Origin: a bacterium
GTDB lineage: Bacteria; Bdellovibrionota_C; UBA2361; CALJRW01
Length of the DNA stretch: 64,000 nucleotides
Assembly: GCA_031385045.1 (NCBI GenBank)
Contig: JANNBC010000024.1
Location: forward strand, 32,001-96,000
Reading direction: 5' to 3'
Part shown: positions 37,526 through 47,099 of the stretch, in pieces
How positions within the stretch are numbered: the first letter of the stretch is position 1
Layout: every line of letters begins with the position of its first letter
Made by a program: the position numbers and the translations under genes
Notes under the pieces: generated by a model
What the model was told of the DNA's origin: nothing
What the model saw: the letters and a program-made list of their open reading frames with translations, nothing else
Databases searched by the model: none

Positions 37526-39214
37526 ATGTCTAAAATCTCTGGGTCACACGCCCTTATTAAATCGTTATTAGCGGAAAATGTTAAAACAATTTTTGGCTAT
37601 CCTGGTGGTGCGATCATGCCAATTTATGATGCCCTGTATGATTATCAAGATCAGATTAGACATATCTTAGTTCGTCATGAACAAGGTGCGGCGCACGCCG
37701 CTGAAGGATTTGCGCGAATTACTGGAACACCGGGTGTTTGCTTTGCAACCTCTGGTCCAGGAGCCACTAACTTAGTAACGGGAATTGCTGATGCCATGAT
37801 GGACTCCGTTCCAATAGTTTGTATTACTGGACAAGTTGCTAGTAGTGCCTTAGGCACTGATGCTTTTCAGGAAACGGATGTTATCGGCATTACTATTCCA
37901 ATTACTAAATGGAATTATCAAGTTAGTCGGGCTGCTGAAATTCCTGATATTATTGCCAAAGCTTTTTATATTGCTGGCACGGGACGACCAGGGCCTGTGT
38001 TAATCGATATTACGAAGGACGCTCAATTTGAAATGATTGAAAACTTTTCCTATAAAAAAATGGAAAAGCATCCTACTTATTTTTTGCCACCAAGTCCGAC
38101 GCCAGAGAAATTATCTGCGGCTGTTGATTTGATTAATCGGGCTGAGCGCCCTTTAATTTTAGCTGGGCATGGAATATTGATTTCTAAAGCAGAGAAAGCC
38201 TTAGTTGAATTTGCCGAGAAGTCGGGCATTCCAGTTGCTTGTACATTACATGGCCTATCTTCCTTTCCAACAGGTCATGCCAATTATGTTGGCATGTTAG
38301 GAATGCATGGAAACTATGGACCAAATTATTTATGCAATGAAGCCGATGTCGTAATTGCTGTAGGGATGCGTTTTGATGACCGAGTTACTGGTAAGGTAGA
38401 TTCTTATTTGCCTAATTCTAAGATTATCCACATTGAAATTGATATTGCTGAGATTGATAAGGTTAAAAAGGCCGAAGTAGCAATTTGCGCGGATGCTAAA
38501 GAAGTCTTGGTCGCTTTGAATAGTTTAATCCAAAAGAAATCTTATCCGATCTGGATGGAAAAATTTAAAGCCTGTTATCAAGAAGAGTATCAAGTAGTGA
38601 TTGGAGAGGCCATCAATTATAATGGTTCAAAGCCAAGGATGATCCAAACAATCCACATGCTATCGGAGAAAACTGAAGGTAAGGCAGTGATTGTTGGCGA
38701 TGTCGGTCAGCATCAAATGATGGCGGCCAGATATTATCAATATCAATTACCTGATAGTTGGATTACCTCTGGCGGATTGGGAACAATGGGCTTTGCTTTG
38801 CCTGCAGCGATGGGTGCAAAGGTTGCTACCGATCGGGAAGTAATTGCAATTATTGGAGATGGTTGTTTTCAAATGACGATTCAAGAGTTAGCTACTCTGG
38901 TGCAAGATAATATTGCAGTCAAAGTTATTGTCCTTAATAACAATTTCCTTGGAATGGTTCGTCAGTGGCAAGAATTGTTCTTTGAAAAAAGATATTCTTT
39001 TGTGGAATTAAAAAATCCAGATTTTGTAATGGTGGCGCAAGGAATGGGTGTTACTGCGAGTCGTGTAACAGATAGTTCAGAATTATCAGCTGCAATTGAT
39101 GTTATGCTAGCGCATCAGGGGCCATACGTTCTAGAAGTTAAGGTTGAACGGGAAGATAATGTTTTTCCAATGGTACCAGCAGGACAAGGTGTTCGTGATA
39201 TCCGTTTAAAATAA
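37526..39214 (+). CDS. ilvB: Acetolactate synthase large subunit
   Basis: FGYPGGAI, RHEQGAAHAA, TSGPGATN, DVGQHQM, GDGCFQM, LNN..LGMVRQWQ. Confidence 0.96.
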   Translation: MSKISGSHALIKSLLAENVKTIFGYPGGAIMPIYDALYDYQDQIRHILVRHEQGAAHAAEGFARITGTPGVCFATSGPGATNLVTGIADAMMDSVPIVCITGQVASSALGTDAFQETDVIGITIPITKWNYQVSRAAEIPDIIAKAFYIAGTGRPGPVLIDITKDAQFEMIENFSYKKMEKHPTYFLPPSPTPEKLSAAVDLINRAERPLILAGHGILISKAEKALVEFAEKSGIPVACTLHGLSSFPTGHANYVGMLGMHGNYGPNYLCNEADVVIAVGMRFDDRVTGKVDSYLPNSKIIHIEIDIAEIDKVKKAEVAICADAKEVLVALNSLIQKKSYPIWMEKFKACYQEEYQVVIGEAINYNGSKPRMIQTIHMLSEKTEGKAVIVGDVGQHQMMAARYYQYQLPDSWITSGGLGTMGFALPAAMGAKVATDREVIAIIGDGCFQMTIQELATLVQDNIAVKVIVLNNNFLGMVRQWQELFFEKRYSFVELKNPDFVMVAQGMGVTASRVTDSSELSAAIDVMLAHQGPYVLEVKVEREDNVFPMVPAGQGVRDIRLK

Positions 39215-39224
39215 GGTTTACGTT

Positions 39225-39743
39225 ATGATGGAAAATACTCAAGATCGTTTATTTACTATTTCTGCTTACACAGAAAATAGTCCTGGGATTCTACAAAGGA
39301 TTGCCACCTCTTTTACTAAACGAAAGATTAATATTGAGACTTTGACCGTTTCAGAAACTTCGCAATCGGGATTATCTTTGTTTACAATCACAGCCTATAT
39401 CGATCCAAAAATTGTTCCAACGATCGTTAAGCAAATTGAACGAATTATTGAAGTGCGCAAAGCCTTTGCTTGCGATGATGATAACTTAATTTTTGTTGAG
39501 GTTGCTTTAATTCGAGTAACTAGAAAGTCTGCGGAGGATTTAGCTAAAGTAGAAGTAATAGCAAAGGCTCATGATGCCCAAGTTGTTTATAGTGATGAAG
39601 AGACAATTGTTGTTGAGACTTACGGTAAAGAGGCAGATACAAAAGCAATTTATAAAGAACTTCAGCAATTTGAAGTATTACAATTCGTACGCAGTGGTCG
39701 TATCGCCCTCCGTAAAAAATATCAAAGTATTTATACCAATTAA
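39225..39743 (+). CDS. ilvN: Acetolactate synthase small (regulatory) subunit
   Basis: ACT domain EN.PG.LQRI..F.KR.INIETL, C-terminal FVRSGRIAL; follows ilvB. Confidence 0.9.
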   Translation: MMENTQDRLFTISAYTENSPGILQRIATSFTKRKINIETLTVSETSQSGLSLFTITAYIDPKIVPTIVKQIERIIEVRKAFACDDDNLIFVEVALIRVTRKSAEDLAKVEVIAKAHDAQVVYSDEETIVVETYGKEADTKAIYKELQQFEVLQFVRSGRIALRKKYQSIYTN

Positions 39744-39796
39744 AAATCTTTCTTCGATTAGCAAATTTCAATCGATCCAATTTTAAAATTATTATT

Positions 39797-41473
39797 ATGA
39801 AATTAAATAAATATTCTTCTCGTTTAACAGCCGTCAAATCACAAGGTGCTTCCCAAGCAATGCTGTTGGGCACTGGTTTATCATTAACAGATTTAGAGAA
39901 AGCTCAAGTTGGCATTGCCTCTGTTTGGTATGAAGGGAATACTTGTAATATGCACCTGAATGATCTTGCGATAGAAGTTAAAAAAGGAGTTGTGGAGGCT
40001 GACTTAGTTGGCATGCGTTTTAACACGATTGGTGTAAGCGATGGAATTTCTATGGGTACAGATGGGATGAGTTTTTCCTTGCAATCAAGAGATTTAATTG
40101 CCGATTCGATTGAAACAGTAATGTCAGCTCAGTGGTATGATGGACTGATTACTATACCTGGCTGCGATAAAAATATGCCGGGATGTTTAATGGCCATGGC
40201 TCGTTTAGATCGACCATCGATTATGGTTTACGGTGGAACAATTAAAGCTGGTTGTACTGCTAAACACGAAAAGCTAGATGTAGTTTCAGCCTTTCAAAGT
40301 TACGGAGAATTGCTTGCTGGAAAAATTGATGAGCAAGAGCGCAATGATATTCTTAGATCTTCTTGCCCTGGTGCTGGAGCTTGTGGTGGAATGTATACGG
40401 CCAATACCATGTCGAGCGCGATCGAAGCTTTAGGAATGAGCTTGCCATATAGCTCAAGTACTCCAGCAGCAACTGAGCAAAAAATACAAGAATGTATTAC
40501 CGCTGGAAAACAAATTCGTAAATTATTAGAATTAGATCTTAAACCATCCCAGATTATGACTCGCCAAGCGTTTGAAAATGCGATGGTGGTAATTATGGCA
40601 ACTGGTGGTTCTACCAATGCTGTCTTACATCTTGTTGCTATGGCCAAGGCGATTGGTGTTAATTTAACGATTGATGATTTTCAAAAAGTTAGTGATCGTG
40701 TTCCATTTATAGCTGACTTAAAGCCAAGTGGTAAATATGTAATGGAAGATTTACATGCTGTTGGTGGAATTCCTGCAGTAATGAAGCTGTTATTAGAAGC
40801 AGGTTTGATTGATGGTAGTTGCTTAACTGTTACTGGGAAAACAATTGCTGAGAATTTAGCAGAATTACCAGGATTAACGCCTGGGCAAAAAATAATTGTA
40901 CCAATTAAAGAGCCAATTCAAGCCAAAGGTCATTTAAAAATCTTAAAAGGCAACTTGGCTCCGGAAGGTTCTGTTGCCAAAATTACAGGTAAAGAAGGAG
41001 AATATTTTCAAGGGCCTGCCAAGGTTTATTATCAAGAAGAAGCTATGCTTAAAGCTTTAGAAGATAAGAAAATTCAGAAAGGGGATGTAATTGTAATTCG
41101 TTATGAAGGTCCTAAGGGAGGGCCAGGTATGCCTGAAATGCTTACTCCGACATCAGCGGTGATGGGTGCCGGTCTGGGAAATGATGTTGCTCTAATTACT
41201 GATGGTAGATTCTCTGGTGGTTCGCACGGCTTTATTATTGGACATGTCTGTCCTGAAGCGCAAGAAGGTGGACCAATTGCACTAGTTGAAGAAGGTGATT
41301 TAATTACAATCGATGCTAGAAATTTAACAATCTCTGTTGATTTATCAGATGATGAATTAGTTAAGCGACGTGCCAAGTGGGTGATGCCCCCATATCTTGC
41401 GACGAAAGGAACACTTTATAAGTATATTAAGACTGTTAAGTCAGCTAGCGAAGGTTGTGTAACTGATCAGTAA
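39797..41473 (+). CDS. ilvD: Dihydroxy-acid dehydratase
   Basis: [50 protein letters not shown]. Confidence 0.97.
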   Translation: MKLNKYSSRLTAVKSQGASQAMLLGTGLSLTDLEKAQVGIASVWYEGNTCNMHLNDLAIEVKKGVVEADLVGMRFNTIGVSDGISMGTDGMSFSLQSRDLIADSIETVMSAQWYDGLITIPGCDKNMPGCLMAMARLDRPSIMVYGGTIKAGCTAKHEKLDVVSAFQSYGELLAGKIDEQERNDILRSSCPGAGACGGMYTANTMSSAIEALGMSLPYSSSTPAATEQKIQECITAGKQIRKLLELDLKPSQIMTRQAFENAMVVIMATGGSTNAVLHLVAMAKAIGVNLTIDDFQKVSDRVPFIADLKPSGKYVMEDLHAVGGIPAVMKLLLEAGLIDGSCLTVTGKTIAENLAELPGLTPGQKIIVPIKEPIQAKGHLKILKGNLAPEGSVAKITGKEGEYFQGPAKVYYQEEAMLKALEDKKIQKGDVIVIRYEGPKGGPGMPEMLTPTSAVMGAGLGNDVALITDGRFSGGSHGFIIGHVCPEAQEGGPIALVEEGDLITIDARNLTISVDLSDDELVKRRAKWVMPPYLATKGTLYKYIKTVKSASEGCVTDQ

Positions 41474-41526
41474 GGTTTGTTAATTGTGTCGTCTAAAGAA
41501 ATTGTAAATTTAATTTTATAATTTTC

Positions 41527-42075
41527 ATGAAATTGTTTTTGATCTCAAGTTTAGTACTAGCTATTTTTTGTTCTGATATTTATGCGGAAACTAATTTGTA
41601 CAGTTTTTCAGCCAATCTAGTAAATGGTCAAAAGATTCAACTGGCTGATTATCAAGGTAAGGTTGTGCTCCTTGCTAACACAGCATCTAATTGTGGATTC
41701 ACACCACAGTACGAAGGATTACAAGAAATTTATCAAAAATATCAGGATCAAGGGTTAGTTGTCTTAGCATTTCCTAGTAATGATTTTGGTGGACAAGAGC
41801 CTGGTACGAATGAAGAAATTGGATTATTTTGTCAGAAGACTTATGACGTAACTTTTCCTGTGTTTGAAAAAACTGTTGTAAAAGGCGATCTTAAATCGCC
41901 ACTTTTTAAATTTCTAACTGAAGATTCTGGGGAAGATTTAAGCGGTAATATAAAATGGAATTTCGAAAAATTTCTGATTAATAAAGATGGTAAGTTAGTG
42001 GATCGCTTCGGATCATTTACAAAGCCAACTAGTGAAAGTATTACCAGTCAGATAGAGAAGTTACTCAAGGAATAA
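41527..42075 (+). CDS. Glutathione peroxidase family protein (Cys type) with signal peptide
   Basis: NTASNCGFTPQY, FPSNDFGGQEPG, WNFEKFL. Confidence 0.93.
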   Translation: MKLFLISSLVLAIFCSDIYAETNLYSFSANLVNGQKIQLADYQGKVVLLANTASNCGFTPQYEGLQEIYQKYQDQGLVVLAFPSNDFGGQEPGTNEEIGLFCQKTYDVTFPVFEKTVVKGDLKSPLFKFLTEDSGEDLSGNIKWNFEKFLINKDGKLVDRFGSFTKPTSESITSQIEKLLKE

Positions 42076-42078
42076 ATT

Positions 42079-43320
42079 CTAACGGCTACCAGCAATCCAG
42101 CCAGTTGTCCAAGCAGACTGAAAGTTAAATCCTCCTGTTATTCCGTCTATATCTAGAACCTCTCCGGAGAAAAAGAGACCAGGCACTATTTTGCTCTGCA
42201 TCGTTGTAAAATCAACTTCTTTTAAGGACACCCCACCACAGGTAACGAATTCATCTTTAAATTTACCTTTGCCTGCTACAGCATATGTTGCTTGGGTAAT
42301 TTCACTAGCAATTAATTGCAGTTGTTTTTTAGAAAACTCTGACCAAATTTGTTTTTCTTTAGTTTCAATTTGTAGAAGAATCTTAGCCCAATATCTTTTG
42401 GGAATATTAAGGAAGGAGTCTCCGCTTGCAATAGCTTTGGGGTGATGCTCTTTATGTAAGGTTAATAGCCCTAAGACGGACTCCCAGTTTTCTTTTGGTA
42501 AAAAATTAATTTTTAATGTTGCTATGTAGCCGCTAGCAAAAAGATCTTTTGCAGCCAATGCTGAAAGTTTAATTGTTGCTGGCCCACTAAGTCCCCAATG
42601 GGTAATTAAAACTGGACCCTGCTGTTTAAACTTATTACCATTAGGAGCAATAAGTTCTAATTGAATATCTGTAAAACTGACACCAGCTAATTCCGCTAGT
42701 CGAGAATCATTAATCTCAAAACTAAATAGTGAGGGTACTAGCGCTGTTATTGTATGTCCAAGAGATCTTGCGAGTTCTAGGCTACTCTTTGTGCCTCCTG
42801 TTGTTAGAATTACTTGATCAAAGATTGCTACTGCTGATTCTTCTTCCGCTCCATTAAAATGGAGCTGGAATTGTTGATTAGCAGCAAGTTTAATTTGGGA
42901 AACTTTCTGCTTCAGAATTACTTTAATGCCTAAATCTTTTGCTTTATTGATTAAGCAATTAGCGATAGTTGAAGATTCATTAGTAATTGGAAACATTCGC
43001 TTATCAGGTTCAGTTTTTAGTTCCACGCCATTAGATTTAAACCAAGCAATGGTGTCTAAAACTGCAAACCTAGTAAATGCTCCTCTTAATTCTTTATGAC
43101 CTCGAGGGTAATTTTTAACTAATTCGGATATTTCTGGGGTATTATTTGTTACATTACAACGTCCACCCCCAGAAATTAAAACCTTGGCCAAGAGTTTATT
43201 TGTGGCTTCATAAATGCTAACTTCAGCGTTCGAATCATGGTGAGCCGCACTGATTGCACTAAAGAATCCGGCAGCCCCACCACCGATAACCGCTATTTTT
43301 ATTTGTTTGGAAGTTGTCAT
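42079..43320 (-). CDS. HI0933/BaiN family flavoprotein
   Basis: GGGAAG, KVLISGGGRCNVTN, THWGLSGP, VTCGGV, GEVLDIDGITGGFNFQSAW. Confidence 0.93.
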   Translation of the reverse strand: MTTSKQIKIAVIGGGAAGFFSAISAAHHDSNAEVSIYEATNKLLAKVLISGGGRCNVTNNTPEISELVKNYPRGHKELRGAFTRFAVLDTIAWFKSNGVELKTEPDKRMFPITNESSTIANCLINKAKDLGIKVILKQKVSQIKLAANQQFQLHFNGAEEESAVAIFDQVILTTGGTKSSLELARSLGHTITALVPSLFSFEINDSRLAELAGVSFTDIQLELIAPNGNKFKQQGPVLITHWGLSGPATIKLSALAAKDLFASGYIATLKINFLPKENWESVLGLLTLHKEHHPKAIASGDSFLNIPKRYWAKILLQIETKEKQIWSEFSKKQLQLIASEITQATYAVAGKGKFKDEFVTCGGVSLKEVDFTTMQSKIVPGLFFSGEVLDIDGITGGFNFQSAWTTGWIAGSR

Positions 43321-43397
43321 ATTTTGCCCCAGTCTTAGTTCTTAATTACTAAGTCAGTTAACCAATAATAGACCATCCTGTCGTTTTTTGAAATTCT

Positions 43398-45191
43398 ATG
43401 AGTACCTTAATTAGCCTTGATTCTGTTTCCCATCAAATTGGTAATAAGCAGTTATTCTCTGATTTAAAATTAGCTATTAGTGATGATTCCCGAATTGGGA
43501 TTATTGGACCAAATGGTTCTGGTAAATCAACCCTAATGAAAATTATTGCCGAAGAAATTGTTCCTGATAGTGGTCGGGTAGTTTGTGGTCGTAGTGTTCA
43601 GGTAGCATATGTACCCCAGATGGATAGCTTTAATCCAGCATTAACAGCCCAAGAAGTAATGATTAAGGAGTTAAGTAATAACTTTACTGATCTAGAAGCT
43701 AATACTCGTGCTGGTAAATTTCTTAGCAAAGTTGGTTTTGAAGACTTAACTCAGAAAGTAGGAGATTTATCAGGAGGCTGGCGTAAGCGGTTGTCATTAG
43801 CAGTTGCTTTAGCGCGTGAGCCAGAAGTTTTGCTATTAGATGAACCTACTAATCATTTAGACTTAGCCGGATTGCTGTGGTTAGAGAACCTTTTAAATAA
43901 TGCCAACTTTGCTTGGGCTTTAATTTCTCACGATCGCTATTTTCTAGAAAGAACCGTTAAAGAAGTAATCGAGGTTGCTCCTTGTTATAAAAATGGAATT
44001 ATTAAATTGGGTGGTTCATATCAAACCTTTTTAGAAAAGAGGGATGAGTTTTTAGATCAAGAAGCAAAAGGCATTGCCTCACTTGCTAATAAGGTTCGTA
44101 ATGAACAAGAGTGGGCCTCTCGAGCGCCGAAAGCTCGGGGAACTAAAGCAAATTATCGAGTGAAAGAAGCCGATCGCCTAGATTCTGAATTGCAAGAACG
44201 TCGTTCGCGAGTTACTGGCGAGGCGACAAAAGTTAGCTTCACTGCTAGTCAGCGCCAAACTAAAGAATTAGCCGAATTTATTAATGTGACTTTTGGTTTT
44301 GATAATTTACCAATTGTTACACAAGAAAATTTTATTATTAATAGTGGTGTTTGTTTGGGCGTTCTGGGAACGAATGGACAGGGGAAATCAACATTACTAA
44401 AGTTGATTGGAGGTGCGTTAGAGCCTCAGGCCGGAAAGGTTAAACGAGCTGGTCATTTAAAAGTAGTTTATTTTGATCAATTGCGTGGAGCATTAAGCTC
44501 TGCCTCAACTTTGCGTCAGGCGCTAGCAGATGGTTATGATCAAGTGGTCTATCAATCTAGATCTTTGCATATTATTAGTTGGGGTAAAAAATTTGGTTTT
44601 GATCCCGCAGATCTTGATAAGCCAATCAAAAACCTTTCAGGGGGAGAGCAGGCTAGATTATTATTATCGATCTTAGTAAGACAGGAAGCCGATTTATTAA
44701 TTTTAGATGAACCTACTAATGATTTAGATCTTCCAATGTTAGAAATGTTAGAAGGCATGCTAGTTGATTTTCCAGGAGCAGTGATTCTAGTTACACATGA
44801 TCGCTACATGTTAGAAAAGGTCTGTACGAATTTCCTTGGGTTTAATCAGGAACAGAAGTTATTAACTTATGCTTCATATGCTCAGTGGCAAGAGAGTCGA
44901 GCTAGAGTTCAACATGCTAAAGAATCAAGAGGTTCAGGGAGTATTCCATCTATCCCAGTTGCTAAGAAAATGTCCTCAGAGGAAATACGTGAATATGGAC
45001 AGATGGAGAAAAAAATTATGAAGGCTGAGCAAGAATTAGCTTTAATTGAAGATCGAGCAGTGAAGGCGGCAACAGCTAATGATCATCATTTAATGGTGCA
45101 AGTCGCTAATGAGCTCACAGTCGCTCAAGAGAAGGTTGAAGGTTTGTATCGTCGTTGGGATGAGTTAGAAAATTTAAGTGGTAAACTTTAA
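43398..45191 (+). CDS. ABC-F family ATPase (Uup-like)
   Basis: Two ABC domains (GPNGSGKST/LSGGW/LDEPTNH and GTNGQGKST/LSGGE/LDEPTND), no TM segments, C-terminal coiled coil ending YRRWDELE. Confidence 0.92.
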   Translation: MSTLISLDSVSHQIGNKQLFSDLKLAISDDSRIGIIGPNGSGKSTLMKIIAEEIVPDSGRVVCGRSVQVAYVPQMDSFNPALTAQEVMIKELSNNFTDLEANTRAGKFLSKVGFEDLTQKVGDLSGGWRKRLSLAVALAREPEVLLLDEPTNHLDLAGLLWLENLLNNANFAWALISHDRYFLERTVKEVIEVAPCYKNGIIKLGGSYQTFLEKRDEFLDQEAKGIASLANKVRNEQEWASRAPKARGTKANYRVKEADRLDSELQERRSRVTGEATKVSFTASQRQTKELAEFINVTFGFDNLPIVTQENFIINSGVCLGVLGTNGQGKSTLLKLIGGALEPQAGKVKRAGHLKVVYFDQLRGALSSASTLRQALADGYDQVVYQSRSLHIISWGKKFGFDPADLDKPIKNLSGGEQARLLLSILVRQEADLLILDEPTNDLDLPMLEMLEGMLVDFPGAVILVTHDRYMLEKVCTNFLGFNQEQKLLTYASYAQWQESRARVQHAKESRGSGSIPSIPVAKKMSSEEIREYGQMEKKIMKAEQELALIEDRAVKAATANDHHLMVQVANELTVAQEKVEGLYRRWDELENLSGKL

Positions 45192-45273
45192 CTCATTGCT
45201 TAGATAATTAACGTCTCAATTTGTAATTTTGCAAGAGCTATTCAAGATCCTCAGATTATTGTAAGATTATTGT

Positions 45274-47019
45274 ATGTTAATCGCTAGTTATCTGGCCTAT
45301 TTTATTGGCCCATTTATTTATCAAATTTGCGTTCGTTTTAAACAAGGCCTCCCTTTTCTAGAGGGATTCCTACTCGTTGCGATTACGGGACTAAGCTCCT
45401 CGCATTTAATGCATTTTATTGGTGAGCATAATATTTTTTTAATTGTTGGTTTACTAGCAATTGGCCTTTATCTGCCCAATATCTTTGAAGGGATTTTTTC
45501 TAAAGCAAAAACAGATATACATAGTTTCGTAAATTTAATTGTCGTTATTGCTTTTCTATTACATGTATTCTTGGAAGCTTCTGTTTTAAGCCAAGATCAA
45601 GATAATCATTTTAATGCTTTGCATTCTGGGATTTTGATTCATCGTGTAACCGATGGCATGCTCATTTGGTGGTTACTTCGCCCTAAATACGGAGATAAGG
45701 TTGCTGGTGTAGGAATTGTCTTACTCTTGATTGCTAATTTACTGGGCTTTTTTCTAGCTGATAGTTTTAATCTTGGTTCTAACGTCTGGCATTATTTAGA
45801 AATATTCATGGCCGGGATGTTGCTACATGTTTTATTTTTTAGCTTTCATTTAGATCCGATAGCCCACCAACACAAAAAAAGTTGTTGCACAAAAGAACAC
45901 CATCATCATGCTAAACCAAAGAAAAATCGTGTTCGTGGCTATGGTAATATCTTTGGCGTTATTTTTCTTGGCTTATTTCTCTATTTTTCTAGTCATAGTC
46001 ACCTGCATGATACCAATAACCAACAAATCTTTTTTAGAAATTTAATTGACCTCTTTTATCTAAGCTCGCCAGCCTTACTAATCGCCTTTATCCTCTCTGG
46101 TATTATTCAAGTTTTTATTACACTTAAGACCTTAGCTTGGTTTAATCGTGGCAATAAGTATCTACAGGCATTTAAAGGGATGCTTCTTGGACTTCCGCTT
46201 CCAATTTGTAGCTGTGGTATTTTACCATTTTATCAAACTTTAACTAAAAAAGGCTTAGCGCCAGCAGCAGGACTAGCATTTTTGATAGCGACACCAGAGT
46301 TAGGCTTAGATGCATTATTAATCTCCTTGCCACTCTTGGGCCTTGATTTAACAATCACTAGATTAATTGCGGCAATCTTTCTCTCTCTAGGTATATCTTT
46401 AATTCTAAGTCGATTTTTAAAGACAAATACTAGCCCTTTGAATGTCGATGAATTAGAGCAAGAGTTAAATGTCCCTAAACTGCAACAGGTCTGGCATTAT
46501 TCTACCAAGAAAATAGTCGATGATATTGCACCACTAGTAATGTTAGGAATTGCAGTAGCTGCTTTATTTCAATTAGTTTTAGATCAGCATAATTTAGCTG
46601 ACTATCAGGGATGGGATATTTTGTTAGCCTCCTTAGTCGGAGTCTTTCTCTATGTATGTGCTAGTGGTGCAACTCCTGTAGTTGCGATTTTTTTAGCTGG
46701 TGGGGTATCTCCGGGGGCAGCAATTAGTTTTTTAATGACTGGACCAGCTACAAATATTAGTACCTTTGCCATGCTTTCAAAATTGCACGGTAAAAAGTTT
46801 TCTGTAGCTTTTGCCATAGTTGCTATCTTGCTAGCAATAACTGCTGGATTTGTTACGAATCTTGTTTTTGAAACTGGTGGATTCTCACTGCCTAAAAGTA
46901 TTAACCATCATCATTCTCACTATGCCTGGTGGGAACATACTGCTGTAGTCCTAGTGGCGATATTATTTACTTTGTCTTTTCTTAGACGTTTAGGTGTTTT
47001 AAAAGCAAGTAAAGTTTAA
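45274..47019 (+). CDS. DUF318/ArsP-type permease with an N-terminal ZIP-like TM region and His-rich linkers
   Basis: LPICSCG, ATPELG, LYVCASGATP, GPATN; N-terminal LHVFLEA and IHRVTDG; HQHKKSCCTKEHHHH. Confidence 0.8.
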   Translation: MLIASYLAYFIGPFIYQICVRFKQGLPFLEGFLLVAITGLSSSHLMHFIGEHNIFLIVGLLAIGLYLPNIFEGIFSKAKTDIHSFVNLIVVIAFLLHVFLEASVLSQDQDNHFNALHSGILIHRVTDGMLIWWLLRPKYGDKVAGVGIVLLLIANLLGFFLADSFNLGSNVWHYLEIFMAGMLLHVLFFSFHLDPIAHQHKKSCCTKEHHHHAKPKKNRVRGYGNIFGVIFLGLFLYFSSHSHLHDTNNQQIFFRNLIDLFYLSSPALLIAFILSGIIQVFITLKTLAWFNRGNKYLQAFKGMLLGLPLPICSCGILPFYQTLTKKGLAPAAGLAFLIATPELGLDALLISLPLLGLDLTITRLIAAIFLSLGISLILSRFLKTNTSPLNVDELEQELNVPKLQQVWHYSTKKIVDDIAPLVMLGIAVAALFQLVLDQHNLADYQGWDILLASLVGVFLYVCASGATPVVAIFLAGGVSPGAAISFLMTGPATNISTFAMLSKLHGKKFSVAFAIVAILLAITAGFVTNLVFETGGFSLPKSINHHHSHYAWWEHTAVVLVAILFTLSFLRRLGVLKASKV

Positions 47020-47039
47020 TCTGTGTTATTGCTAGTAAC

Positions 47040-47058
47040 CAACTTGCTAAGCAAGTTG
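47040..47058. terminator. Hairpin between convergent genes, possible bidirectional terminator
   Basis: CAACTTGC TAA GCAAGTTG. Confidence 0.45.
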
Positions 47059-47099
47059 ATTAGTAATTGAAATATTGTCTATTTATTAGAAGTTAATTC

